Shown piece by piece: positions 1 through 9,549 of a DNA stretch of 64,000 nucleotides. This DNA comes from an uncultured archaeon (GTDB lineage Archaea > Aenigmatarchaeota > Aenigmatarchaeia > QMZP01), in the NCBI GenBank assembly GCA_964484305.1, contig CAZAEI010000001.1:26936-90935 (forward strand). Direction: 5' to 3'. The first letter of the stretch is position 1. The number at the start of each line of letters is the position of its first letter. A program made the position numbers and the translations under genes. Under the pieces are notes generated by a model. The model did not search any database and was not told where the DNA came from. It saw only the letters and a program-made list of their open reading frames with translations.

Positions 1-91
1 TCAACTATATTTCCGGTGGGATAAGACCATCTTTTGGCCAGAACCGAACCATTTGCCATATATATTTAAACCACGGGGAGAATGCCTTTTC

Positions 92-922
92 ATGGTCAGC
101 ACAAGGGTATTTTTGAGCGTTGTGGTGGTCTTTGCCGTGGTCACGGTGGGGCTGCTTGCAGGGCTGAATGAGCAGAGGAGCATGATATTCCTCAACCCGT
201 CTCCGGGTGCCAGGATATCGACAGCCTTCTCAGAGGGTTCAGCCATGTTCGGGGGAGTGCTCGCTGCTGAGCAGGTCGCTGACAACACCCTGTTCGTAAG
301 CGGCAGCGCGACTGCCAGCGACAACCCTGACCAGGTCACCATCATGTTCTCGGTTGAGACAGATGATACCAGCGCAAGGGTATCCCAGCAGGAAAACGCA
401 GGGATTACATCCGATGTGCGGGCTGCGCTGATTGCACAGGGCATCGACCCTGAGGATATCGAGACGACCGGTTACAGCCTCTCCCAGATAAGGGAGTATG
501 AACCCGAATCGAGGAAATATGTCGATAAGGGCTTCAGGACCACCCACTCCATGCAGGTTGAGATAAGCGATATCGACAGGGCCGGGGACATAATAGACGC
601 CGTCGTGCTGGCGGGGGCCAACAGGATAAACGGCGTGTACTTCGGTCTATCTGAAAGCAGGATGGAAGGGCTCCGGATGGCCGCGCTGAAGGCTGCCTCA
701 GAGAACGCAAGGGAAAGGGCCGATGCGATTGCTGACGGCCTGGACATCACGATAATCAGGGTAATGAGCGTATCCGAGGGATATAGCTACAGCCCGTCAG
801 TTAGGGCATTCGCAATGGAAGATTCGGCAGTGGGTGAGGGGTCACCGGCCCCCAGCACAGAGATTACCCCGGGCATGGTGCAGGTCTCCTCGAATGTCAA
901 TGTTGTGTTTGAGATTGCTTAA
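92..922 (+). CDS. SIMPL (DUF541) domain protein, membrane-anchored/secreted
   Basis: N-terminal hydrophobic helix; VSGSATASDNPDQVTIMFSVET, GANRINGVYFGLS, ALKAASENARERADAIA and EITPGMVQVSSNVNVVF fit SIMPL; TATA-like TTTAAA at 65-70 supports ATG 92. Confidence 0.9.
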   Translation: MVSTRVFLSVVVVFAVVTVGLLAGLNEQRSMIFLNPSPGARISTAFSEGSAMFGGVLAAEQVADNTLFVSGSATASDNPDQVTIMFSVETDDTSARVSQQENAGITSDVRAALIAQGIDPEDIETTGYSLSQIREYEPESRKYVDKGFRTTHSMQVEISDIDRAGDIIDAVVLAGANRINGVYFGLSESRMEGLRMAALKAASENARERADAIADGLDITIIRVMSVSEGYSYSPSVRAFAMEDSAVGEGSPAPSTEITPGMVQVSSNVNVVFEIA

Positions 923-988
923 TGCCCAAGCGGGCCTTTAATACATTTCCCCTTTTTTCCCGGCCCACCTTTCTGGATTAAGAATACC

Positions 989-1007
989 ATGGCCCCGCAC
1001 GGGCCAT
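989..1007. terminator. Hairpin between convergent genes, downstream of a pyrimidine/T tract
   Basis: ATGGCCC-CGCAC-GGGCCAT; TTTCCCTTTTTTCCC tract at about 946-961. Confidence 0.35.
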
Positions 1008-1022
1008 CCCACTCCCCGGAGC

Positions 1023-1961
1023 CTATTCCTCAAACAGGTCTATGTCCCCGGGGGAGATTATCGGCTTCTTGAACAGCCTGGCATCCTCCCTTATCCTGGG
1101 GCAGGCCGTGTTGACCAGGGCCTCCACCTTTAGGCCCATGAGCTTGCTTGGGGTGAGCTGGTCTGCCACGAGAATCCAGGCCCTCCTGCCCAGGGCCTCC
1201 AGCTTCTCCCTGGCCTGCTCGGCCTGTTTGGGATGGGCCTGCCCCGGCTTGGTCGAGACCAGGATGGCAAAGCTCCTGGCCTCCGAGGCCTTGGCAATCT
1301 GGGCGTAGCGAATCCTCTGGAGGCTCCTCTTCTCCTGGGCCAGGTCAATCAGTCCCGTGCCCTCAAGGTCCAGGAAGAGGACGGGCTTCTCCACCTCCAG
1401 GGAGAGACCCAGGGGATGGAAGGTCCCTGTTCCCAGGAAGAGGAAGCAGTCCACAGAGGGCTCGATGGATTTTGCTGCGGAGTAGTCGCACCCCAGTATC
1501 TGGCCGGGGTATCTCGCCCTGGTGGGTGCCCCGAGCAAAACCTTCTTGCCATGCCTCTTCAGGAATCCGCTGGCCAGGGCAAGGCCCGGGAGGTACTGCA
1601 CGGTCGTTACAAGGCCAATCCTCCTGAAGGGCTTGAGGTCCGGCAGGCATACCCTCAGGAGCGGGACAGGGTCGAAGTCAATCCTGTACTCCTCATATAT
1701 GACCGGCAGGCAGGCCTTGAGGCCGTAGTCGCTGTGGCCCACGTGGAGCAGGGCGTCGCACCCCAGAAGCCTGGCCTCCCTGTCCCTGATATCGCAGGCC
1801 CCGAAGCAGGGCTCTATGGATATGAAGGTCCTGATACCTGCCTTCTCCAGCTTACTGGCGAAGTCCAGGGCCCTGGTCTTGAGGCCCTCGGGGACCTGGA
1901 TAAAGACACTCTTGGCTCTGAGCCTCTTCAGTTTCGGAAGAATCTTCTGAAGTTCGAGCAT
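1023..1961 (-). CDS. dph2: Diphthamide biosynthesis enzyme Dph2 (2-(3-amino-3-carboxypropyl)histidine synthase)
   Basis: QVPEGLK, PCFGACD, HVGHS, GQILGCD, STKPGQ, TACPRI (three Fe-S cysteines). Confidence 0.95.
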   Translation of the reverse strand: MLELQKILPKLKRLRAKSVFIQVPEGLKTRALDFASKLEKAGIRTFISIEPCFGACDIRDREARLLGCDALLHVGHSDYGLKACLPVIYEEYRIDFDPVPLLRVCLPDLKPFRRIGLVTTVQYLPGLALASGFLKRHGKKVLLGAPTRARYPGQILGCDYSAAKSIEPSVDCFLFLGTGTFHPLGLSLEVEKPVLFLDLEGTGLIDLAQEKRSLQRIRYAQIAKASEARSFAILVSTKPGQAHPKQAEQAREKLEALGRRAWILVADQLTPSKLMGLKVEALVNTACPRIREDARLFKKPIISPGDIDLFEE

Positions 1962-1995
1962 ATCACTCCCTCCGGCGCTGTCGCCCCGGTGCGCG

Positions 1996-3228
1996 CTATC
2001 GCCTGACTATCCTTACCCTCTTCACTGTCCTGGAGCTTGCGTCCTCTATTACCATCCTTGCCTGCTTGAATCTCACAACCTCGCCCCTCCTGGGTATCCT
2101 GCCTGTCTTCTTGAGTATAAGGCCTGCAAGGGTTTCGAAGCTCCCCTTCTTCAGGCCCAGGTCAATGTATTCCTCCAGGGCATCTATCGGAGCCCTGCCA
2201 TCCACCAGGAGCTCTTTGGGGTTCAGAACCTTTATGTACATACTGGGCTTCTTGCTCTTGTCAAATATGTCGCCCACAACCTCCTCGAGGACATCATCCA
2301 TGGTGACAAGACCCATGACGTGGCCGTACTCATCAACAACTATTGCCATGGAAATCCCCTTCTCCTCAAAGTCATTTAGCAGGCCCACAATCTCCTTTTT
2401 CTCTGGCACAAAGAACGGCTTCTTGGCTATGGTGGACACCCTCTTCCTGATCTTCCCGGCCTTGACCATGGAGAGTATCTCATCCACATCGACTATGCCG
2501 ATTATGTTGTCCTTGTCTCCGCGGTAGACCGGATACCTTGAGTAGGGGGTCTTTACGACAAAGTCCAGGACGCTCTCGATGCTCTTGTTGGCCTCAAGGG
2601 TGAGCATGTCACTCTCGGGTGTCATTACCTCGTTCACCCGGGTCTTCTCGAACTCTATCAGGCTCTCCATCATGCCTGCCACCTGCTTTCTTATTATACC
2701 CTGCTCAACCCCCATGGTTACAATGGTCTTGAGCTCGTCCTCGGTCAGGGCCTCGGTCCCCTTTGAGCCGAATCGCCTCATCATGAAGCCTGTCAGGGCC
2801 TCGAGTGAGCGGACTACGGGGAAGAGTATCTTGCCCAGTATCTCAATCGGCCTCGCCACCTTCAGGGAAATGCTCACTGCATTCTGGGCGGCATAGGATT
2901 TTGGGGTTATCTCCCCGAAGACCAGAATTAGCAGGGTCATTACCCCTGTGGCTATGCCTATCCCCAGGTCGCCGAACATCCCGTAGGTTATCGATGTCGC
3001 CAGCGCGGCAGCCCCTATGTTTACCAGGTTGTTTCCCACCAGTATGGTTATGAGTAGCCTCTCTGGCCTGTTCTTGAGCCTCTGGAGGGCCTCGGCCCCC
3101 TTCTTCTTCTGTTTTACCAGGGACCTGACCTTGATACTATTCACTGATATCAGGGCAGTCTCGACGCTTGAGAAAAAGGCCGATAATACAAGGAGGGCTA
3201 TGAGAATCAGGATTTGTACTTCCAGCAT
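1996..3228 (-). CDS. HlyC/CorC (CNNM) family transporter: DUF21 + CBS pair + CorC domain
   Basis: SAFFSSVETAL, ILVGNNLVNI, FGEITPK, YSRYPVY, VVDEYG, DVLEEVVGDI. Confidence 0.93.
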   Translation of the reverse strand: MLEVQILILIALLVLSAFFSSVETALISVNSIKVRSLVKQKKKGAEALQRLKNRPERLLITILVGNNLVNIGAAALATSITYGMFGDLGIGIATGVMTLLILVFGEITPKSYAAQNAVSISLKVARPIEILGKILFPVVRSLEALTGFMMRRFGSKGTEALTEDELKTIVTMGVEQGIIRKQVAGMMESLIEFEKTRVNEVMTPESDMLTLEANKSIESVLDFVVKTPYSRYPVYRGDKDNIIGIVDVDEILSMVKAGKIRKRVSTIAKKPFFVPEKKEIVGLLNDFEEKGISMAIVVDEYGHVMGLVTMDDVLEEVVGDIFDKSKKPSMYIKVLNPKELLVDGRAPIDALEEYIDLGLKKGSFETLAGLILKKTGRIPRRGEVVRFKQARMVIEDASSRTVKRVRIVRR

Positions 3229-3237
3229 GATATATTA

Positions 3238-3455
3238 TTGTTCACCATGGATTATATTAATGTGAACAACTAGAAAATCTGCATTGTTTCACAACTACAC
3301 TGTCCCCTTTGGGGACAGGCAGTACCTGCCAAAGGCGTGACAGCTTTGCTGTCACTACCTGCCAGCGAAGCTGGCAGAGGCAGAGCACTATCGAATCAAC
3401 TTCAGGTGCAGACTATTAAGTTGATTCAGTATAATTTGGCAATCATCGTTGCCAA
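3238..3455. repeat. Array of heterogeneous hairpins punctuated by A[C/G]TA[C/G/T] (REP-like)
   Basis: Perfect stems: TTGTTCAC/GTGAACAA, CTGTCCCC-TTT-GGGGACAG, GTGACAGC-TTT-GCTGTCAC, CTGCCAGC-GAA-GCTGGCAG, GAATCAACTT/AAGTTGATTC, TTGGCAA/TTGCCAA. Confidence 0.75.
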
Positions 3456-3569
3456 GAAGGTCCATATTTAAAGGTATGCCTGCAAACCCTGTAAAGGGGT
3501 GCTTGCCTCCTCTTTGAGGAGGGATGTGATAGAGTGCCTGCCGTTGCATTGGCAATGGATGGTGAAAAC

Positions 3570-4832
3570 ATGGACAAGAGCTCAGAGCTTCCTGGTTTCC
3601 ACAAGCTCAGCCCAGGGGAGAGGCTGGATATTGTCAGGGACTTTGCCGACCTCGGGGAGGAGGACCTGCAGGCCCTGAAGAAGACCGGGAGGCTTGACCT
3701 TGACACAGCAGGCAGGATGATTGAGAACGTGATAGGGACCATGGAGATTCCCCTTGGCGTGGCCACCAATTTCAGGATAAACGGCAGGGATGTCCTCATC
3801 CCCATGGCCATCGAGGAGCCCTCTGTAGTGGCAGCCGCCTCCAACGCGGCAAAGCTTGCCAGGCCTGGCGGGGGCTTCGAGGCCAGCACAGACGAGCCTG
3901 TCATGATTGGCCAGATACAGCTTGTTGGTGTCCCTGACACCGGGGGGGCCAGCAAGGCCATCCTGGACAGGAAGGATGAGATTATCGAGCTCTGCAACAA
4001 GCAGGATGCCACCCTGGTGAGGTTCGGTGGGGGTGCCAGGGATGTCGAGGTGAGGGGCATTGAGACCGAGCAGGGCAGGATGCTTGTCGTCCATATCATG
4101 GTCGATGTGAGGGATGCCATGGGGGCCAATGCAATCAACACCATGGCTGAGAAGATAACCCCCCTCATTGAGGAGCTGTCAGGGGGTAGGGCAAAGCTCA
4201 GGATAATCTCCAACCTTGCGACAAGGAGGCTGGCCCGCGCAAGGGCGGTCTGGAAAAGGGATGTCATCGGCGAGGACACGGTCCAGGGAATCATGGAGGC
4301 CTATGCCTTTGCCTGTGCGGACCAGTACCGGTGCGCCACGCACAACAAGGGCATCATGAACGGCATCGATGCCGTGACCATAGCCACTGGAAACGATTTC
4401 AGGGCAGTGGAGGCAGGGGCGCACTCCTTCGCAGCATTTGAAAGGCCCTACACCTCCCTGACCCGGTACGAGAGGGATGGCGAGGGCAACCTCGTGGGAA
4501 GCATAGAGCTTCCCATCGCAGTGGGCACAGTGGGCGGGGCCACAAGGACCAACCCGGTCGCCAGGGTGGCCCTGAAGATTCTCGGGATAAAATCAGCCCA
4601 GGGGCTTGCCCAGGCAATGGCCTCGGTGGGCCTGGCCCAGAACCTTGCCGCCCTGAGGGCCCTTGCAACAGAGGGTATACAGATTGGTCACATGAAGCTG
4701 CATGCCAGGAACATAGCAGTGACCGCAGGGGCCACGGGAGAGGCCATAGACAGGGTCGCGGCCAGGATGGTCGAGGAGAGGGACATCTCTGTGGCAAGGG
4801 CTGAGCAGATTCTCAAGGAGCTGTCAGGGTAG
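3570..4832 (+). CDS. mvaA: Hydroxymethylglutaryl-CoA reductase, class II
   Basis: ENVIG, PMAIEEPSVVAAAS, DAMGAN, THNKGIMNG, NDFRAVEA, GIQIGHMKLH; GGTGA RBS before ATG 3570. Confidence 0.95.
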   Translation: MDKSSELPGFHKLSPGERLDIVRDFADLGEEDLQALKKTGRLDLDTAGRMIENVIGTMEIPLGVATNFRINGRDVLIPMAIEEPSVVAAASNAAKLARPGGGFEASTDEPVMIGQIQLVGVPDTGGASKAILDRKDEIIELCNKQDATLVRFGGGARDVEVRGIETEQGRMLVVHIMVDVRDAMGANAINTMAEKITPLIEELSGGRAKLRIISNLATRRLARARAVWKRDVIGEDTVQGIMEAYAFACADQYRCATHNKGIMNGIDAVTIATGNDFRAVEAGAHSFAAFERPYTSLTRYERDGEGNLVGSIELPIAVGTVGGATRTNPVARVALKILGIKSAQGLAQAMASVGLAQNLAALRALATEGIQIGHMKLHARNIAVTAGATGEAIDRVAARMVEERDISVARAEQILKELSG

Positions 4833-4933
4833 CCCGGACAGGTTTTTTATATTCCCAGTTACTATATATACTGAATCATATCAGCAACACGCCGGGGCTG
4901 ACCCGGCTGTTTCAATATAGTTCAGGTGTTTTC

Positions 4934-6295
4934 ATGCCAAGGGAGCCCGATTCCAGGAAGGTAGAGTCCATATTCAGGGCCTATGACATAAGGGGAATCT
5001 ATGGCAAAACCCTTACCGAGAAGGTCATGGAGGGAATCGGCCGGGCCTTCTCCGGCCTGATAGAGGGCAAGACAGTCATCCTGGCCAGGGACGGCAGGCT
5101 CTCTGGTGAGGGACTTGCCAGGGCCTTTGCAGAGGGGGTCACGTCCACGGGCAAGAACGTGACCGATATCGGAATGCTTCCCCTGGGCACGGGAATGTTC
5201 CATGCCTGGAGGCAGGGCATGACCTATGCCTATGTGACTGCCTCCCATCTCGGAAGCGAATGGAACGGAATCAAGTTCTTCAGGAGTCAGGGGATTGGCT
5301 TCATGGAGGAAGAGCTGGAGAGCCTCAGGAAGGCCTTTCTTGAGGGCAGGCCAGGGGAATCAGGGAGCGGGGAGCTGACCACTGTAAACAGCCGGGATGT
5401 GATAACGGGGTATATTGATTACCTGCTCTCGAAGATAAGGCCCGCCAGGAAGCTGAGGGTCGCCCTTGACACAGGAAACGGCGCGGCAGGCCTGGTCGCT
5501 CGGGAACTCTTCACCAGGGCCGGCTTCGATGTATATGTGGCCCTTGAGGAGGTTGACGGGAACTTCCCCGGCAGGCTACCTGACCCGGTATCAGACCCCC
5601 TCAGAACACTGAAGAGGAGATTGAAGGGCCGCGACCTGGGCATTGCCTATGACGGGGACGGGGACAGAATGGTAATCCTGGATGAGGGGGGTGGGAGGCT
5701 CACGCCCGAGCAGGTGTCCTATGTCATGCTCTCAGAGCTCCTCAGGGAGCAGTCCGGACCCATAGTAGTAAATGTCGAGTCAACCAGGACGATAGACATG
5801 GTTGCAGAGAGATTCAAAAGGCAGGTCCACAGGGTCAGGGTCGGTCACAATCATCTCGTGAAGGGGACACACGACAAAGGGGCATGCTTTGGCATGGAGC
5901 CCTCAGGCCACTACTCTGTCCCGTCGATATTCCCCTTTGACGACTCCCTGGCCATATCCTACTACTTTGCCTGCGCCCTGAGCAGGAGGCAAGAGAGGCT
6001 ATCGGAGCTTGCCGGGGAGATACCGAGCCTTCCCTTTGAGAGGATCAGCTTCGATGTCTCCGATGAGAGGAAGTTCGGGGTCATGGACAGCGTGCGCGAG
6101 GATTTAAGGAAGCGCTACCCCAACATGAACACCATGGACGGGGTCAGGGTGGACTTTGATAACGGCTGGGCCCTTGTGAGGCCCTCCAACACCCAGCCGC
6201 AGATAAGGCTCACGGTGGAGGCCAGGACAGGGGCGGACCTCGAGGCCCTGAAGGGGGAGTTCTCGGGCATAATTAAAAAATATATAAAGACATAG
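4934..6295 (+). CDS. Phosphomannomutase/phosphoglucomutase
   Basis: FRAYDIRG, TASH phosphoserine loop, DGDGDR metal loop, GMEPSGH, RPSNTQP. Confidence 0.93.
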   Translation: MPREPDSRKVESIFRAYDIRGIYGKTLTEKVMEGIGRAFSGLIEGKTVILARDGRLSGEGLARAFAEGVTSTGKNVTDIGMLPLGTGMFHAWRQGMTYAYVTASHLGSEWNGIKFFRSQGIGFMEEELESLRKAFLEGRPGESGSGELTTVNSRDVITGYIDYLLSKIRPARKLRVALDTGNGAAGLVARELFTRAGFDVYVALEEVDGNFPGRLPDPVSDPLRTLKRRLKGRDLGIAYDGDGDRMVILDEGGGRLTPEQVSYVMLSELLREQSGPIVVNVESTRTIDMVAERFKRQVHRVRVGHNHLVKGTHDKGACFGMEPSGHYSVPSIFPFDDSLAISYYFACALSRRQERLSELAGEIPSLPFERISFDVSDERKFGVMDSVREDLRKRYPNMNTMDGVRVDFDNGWALVRPSNTQPQIRLTVEARTGADLEALKGEFSGIIKKYIKT

Positions 6296-6319
6296 GTTCA
6301 ACTTGTATAAGGCGATTTC

Positions 6320-6589
6320 ATGGAACTCACAGCAACTGAGAAGGACAAGGAAAAAATAAGGGTCGAGGTCAGGGGAGAGACCCACACCATGCTCAACCTC
6401 ATAAGGGAGAATGCCTGGAAGGCCGGGGCCAGGCAGGCATCCTATATCATCCAGCACCCCTACATATCCCAGCCCGAGATTATCATAAGGTCCAAGAAAC
6501 CGGCCAAGACCCTCCAGGACGCTTCACAGATAGCGATAGACGACAGCAGAGAGTTCTCAAGGGCATTCAAGAGGGCACTGAAGAAATGA
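6320..6589 (+). CDS. rpoL: DNA-directed RNA polymerase subunit L (Rpo11)
   Basis: GETHTMLNLIR...ASYIIQHP motif; 89 aa. Confidence 0.88.
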   Translation: MELTATEKDKEKIRVEVRGETHTMLNLIRENAWKAGARQASYIIQHPYISQPEIIIRSKKPAKTLQDASQIAIDDSREFSRAFKRALKK

Positions 6590-6643
6590 ATTTAAATAAG
6601 TTATTTAAACAAGTTTCTACCATAGAGTAACAACGGTGTTTGC

Positions 6644-9085
6644 ATGAAAAGGCTCAATCCCTTAGATGCTCTGAAGAGATACGCCCCCATTTTAATAGTC
6701 TTTGTTAAGAATGCTCTGAAGAGATACGCCCCCCTTATCATACTCCTTGTCATCTTTGCCTCTGCCCTCTGGCTGAGGTCATTTCCCGCAAGGTTCGGGG
6801 AGCTGCAGGCCCTTGACCCGTTCTTCTTCTACAGGATGGGCACGGAGGCCATGCAGAACAACTGGGAGCTCGGCATTGACGAGATGCGATACCACCCGAC
6901 CGGCGTGGATACTGCCCAGTATCACTACCTGCTGCCAATCTATCTGCCTGCCCTTGTCTACACCATCCTGAGCACGCTGGGCATGAACATGCACTACCTG
7001 AACTTTGCGATACTCTGGCCCGCAGTGCTCGGGGCCCTGGCAGTGGCGGTCGTTTACTTCCTTGGGAAGGAGATGTTCAGCAGCAGGAAGGCCGGCCTCT
7101 TTGCGGCATTCTTCCTGGCCACTGTCCCTGCCTTTATCACCAGGACCTCTGCAGGCTTCTTTGAGAAGGAGCCCATAGCCGGGGTATTCATCATAACCTC
7201 TGTGTACTTCTTTGTGAGGGCCTTCAGGAGGAGCTCCTGGCTCAGCGGAATCCTTGCAGGCATCTCGCTTGCAACCACAAGCCTTGCCTGGGGCGGCGTC
7301 CAGTACATCTACATGCTCTATGCAGGCTTCCTGGGACTGGTTTTCGTGGCCAACGGCCTGGTTGTGGTCCTGGACTACCTCTTCTCGGGTTTTGAAGGCT
7401 TCATGAAGACCCTGAACAGGTACATGGGCATCGACATGGTCAAGGCATACCTCCCCCTCATGCTCCTGGGGATATTCATACAGCAGCCCCTGTCCAGGCA
7501 TATAGCGCTGGATCACATCTCTGTAATTGCCTCACTTGCCATGCTCGGTATTCTCGTGGCCAGGTACGGAATCGAGAGGTTCAGCCTGGTAAGGAGGGAT
7601 TACATGCCCTATGTTGTTCCTGTAATCCTCGTGCTCCTGTTCTCCGGCTCCCTGATCGGTGCCATGTTCAGTGATTCCATGGCCAGCAAATTCTCTGCAG
7701 TGACAGGTCTCCTGACCTTCAGCAAGAGCGTGGTCGGCACCACAGTGGCTGAGAACGCCCCCGGGAACTGGGACAACATCGCATCCACAACAGGGACTGG
7801 TTTTGCCACTGCCCTGGTTCCCCAGCTAAGCTCTGTCTCTCCCTACCTTGCCCTCTGGATTTTCATGTTCCTGGGCATGGGCCTCCTCATCTACAGGTTC
7901 TACAGGACCCGTGACTGGATGATGCTCTTCCCTGTGATATGGCTGGCCTCTGGGATGTTCGGTGTGTTCTACTATGTCAGGCTGATATTCCTGGTCGGGC
8001 CGCCCGCTGCCCTTGCAGGCGGCTTCTTCATGGCCTGGGTCGTGGATAGGACCATGAGGCTCAAGCGGATGGAGAAGGTAAGGGAGGCCGGGAACCTCAG
8101 GGAGAGGATAAACATAATATCTGTCCTGCTCGTGGTCTTTGTCTCCCTTGTAGTGGTTGTGAACCTTGCCAGCGCCTATACATACTCACTGAATCTGGGG
8201 CCCTCGATATGCTTCCCCAGGTACAACAGCGACAACCCCTTTGATGTCCAGCCCTGCATCACCATAGACGAGAACGGGGAGGAGGTCCTTGCCCCGAACC
8301 AGCCCTGGTACGAGGCCTTCACCTTTCTGGCCAACGAGACCCCGGAGGGCTCGTCCATACTCTCCTGGTGGGATTTTGGCTACTGGTTCCAGGCCCGCGG
8401 GGAGAGACCCTCCATAGCAGACGGCGGCAACCTCGGCGGCGACTTCGGAAGGACCGACCGCGAGATAGCGAGGTGGTTCACGGATGATGCCGGGAACTGG
8501 GAGAACCACACCGAATGGCTCAGGGACGAGAGGGATACTGACTACATCCTCATGGACTACACCCTTCCGGGCAAGTACGGCGCAATCTCCAAGATATCCT
8601 CGGACGGGGAGCAGATAGTGGGCTTCCTCCAGTTCAGCCAGAAGGGTATCGAGCCCAAGGGTAATGAGAGCGTGTACATATTCAGCAACGGGCCCTATGA
8701 GATATGGCTCCCCCTGAGCCAGGACGGGAACCTTGCGGGCACACCCATGTTCCTGGTCCTCCAGAACGGCCAGTACTTCCAGAAGAGCTACATCAATGAT
8801 GTCTGCACGAGGTCCGGGATAATCAGGGCAGGTGACGAGAGCCCTGCCATACCGGGATGCGTCTCGATATCTGATCTGGGAATCTACTATGTCCCCCCGG
8901 AGGCCGAGCACACCATATTCACGGACCTCATGTTCATGGAGGGCACCGGCCTGCCCGTGGAGAAGGTCTTTGACAACCAGCTGGTCAAGATATACAAGGT
9001 AAGCCACGGGCCCGGGGCGGAAGGCGAAGGGTCAGGCGAAGAGATGTTTGATTTGGGGGACGCCTTTATCTCCGGGACGACCTAG
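6644..9085 (+). CDS. aglB: Oligosaccharyltransferase AglB (STT3 family)
   Basis: Many TM helices; DPFFFYR, RTSAGFFEKE, TVAE, SWWDFGYW and GKYGAI motifs. Confidence 0.93.
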   Translation: MKRLNPLDALKRYAPILIVFVKNALKRYAPLIILLVIFASALWLRSFPARFGELQALDPFFFYRMGTEAMQNNWELGIDEMRYHPTGVDTAQYHYLLPIYLPALVYTILSTLGMNMHYLNFAILWPAVLGALAVAVVYFLGKEMFSSRKAGLFAAFFLATVPAFITRTSAGFFEKEPIAGVFIITSVYFFVRAFRRSSWLSGILAGISLATTSLAWGGVQYIYMLYAGFLGLVFVANGLVVVLDYLFSGFEGFMKTLNRYMGIDMVKAYLPLMLLGIFIQQPLSRHIALDHISVIASLAMLGILVARYGIERFSLVRRDYMPYVVPVILVLLFSGSLIGAMFSDSMASKFSAVTGLLTFSKSVVGTTVAENAPGNWDNIASTTGTGFATALVPQLSSVSPYLALWIFMFLGMGLLIYRFYRTRDWMMLFPVIWLASGMFGVFYYVRLIFLVGPPAALAGGFFMAWVVDRTMRLKRMEKVREAGNLRERINIISVLLVVFVSLVVVVNLASAYTYSLNLGPSICFPRYNSDNPFDVQPCITIDENGEEVLAPNQPWYEAFTFLANETPEGSSILSWWDFGYWFQARGERPSIADGGNLGGDFGRTDREIARWFTDDAGNWENHTEWLRDERDTDYILMDYTLPGKYGAISKISSDGEQIVGFLQFSQKGIEPKGNESVYIFSNGPYEIWLPLSQDGNLAGTPMFLVLQNGQYFQKSYINDVCTRSGIIRAGDESPAIPGCVSISDLGIYYVPPEAEHTIFTDLMFMEGTGLPVEKVFDNQLVKIYKVSHGPGAEGEGSGEEMFDLGDAFISGTT
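6666..6733 (+). repeat. 23-bp direct repeat (45-nt period) in the aglB 5' end
   Basis: ATGCTCTGAAGAGATACGCCCCC at 6666-6688 and 6711-6733 (ALKRYAP twice). Confidence 0.9.
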
Positions 9086-9093
9086 GGCCTGCC

Positions 9094-9549
9094 CTACTGC
9101 TTGTTCCAGGTCTTGTATACAGAATACAGCACCAGCAGAATGACGATTATGCCCACGCCCGTGGCGAATTCCTCCATGGATATCCCGGGCACGTAGTCCT
9201 CCAGGAAGCCAATCCCGTAGTTGGTCAGGAAGAGCAGGAACAGGACAAGCACAATGGCTACGAGGACATAGTCCCTTTCCCCCTTCTCTCCTCCCTTGCC
9301 ACTGAAGAAGCTCAGGGCGAACCCCACAAAGAATATGGCTATGAAGGCCATGATGGCATAGGGGAGGATTCCCATTATGAACCCTGTGATGAATCCCGTG
9401 GTCATGGCCACCAGGGCAAAGCACAGGGAGATTATGAGCTTGACCTGGCTCCTCTTGAAGATGTCCGAGACCTCAAGTGCCCCGTACACCACGGCCAGGA
9501 CAAAGAGGAATGGTATCACAACACTAAGGAGGTCTGCCATGGGAATCAA
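9094..9549 (-). CDS. Hypothetical multi-pass membrane protein
   Basis: 151-aa ORF with about 5 hydrophobic helices; overlaps the upstream ORF stop by 4 nt. Confidence 0.75.
   Translation of the reverse strand: MIPMADLLSVVIPFLFVLAVVYGALEVSDIFKRSQVKLIISLCFALVAMTTGFITGFIMGILPYAIMAFIAIFFVGFALSFFSGKGGEKGERDYVLVAIVLVLFLLFLTNYGIGFLEDYVPGISMEEFATGVGIIVILLVLYSVYKTWNKQ

Noticed and set aside
3238..3455. CRISPR or TIGR array
   Set aside because: No conserved 23-47-bp repeat or box C/D-like repeats, spacing is irregular, and there is no cas or Nop-domain gene in the window
3495..3560. TPP riboswitch (begins AGGGGTGC)
   Set aside because: Lacks the CTGAGA and ACCTGA core motifs; the downstream gene is unrelated to thiamine
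4890..4906. GCCGGG-GCTGA-CCCGGC hairpin as a tRNA or ncRNA fragment
   Set aside because: A single short stem with no cloverleaf or T-loop consensus
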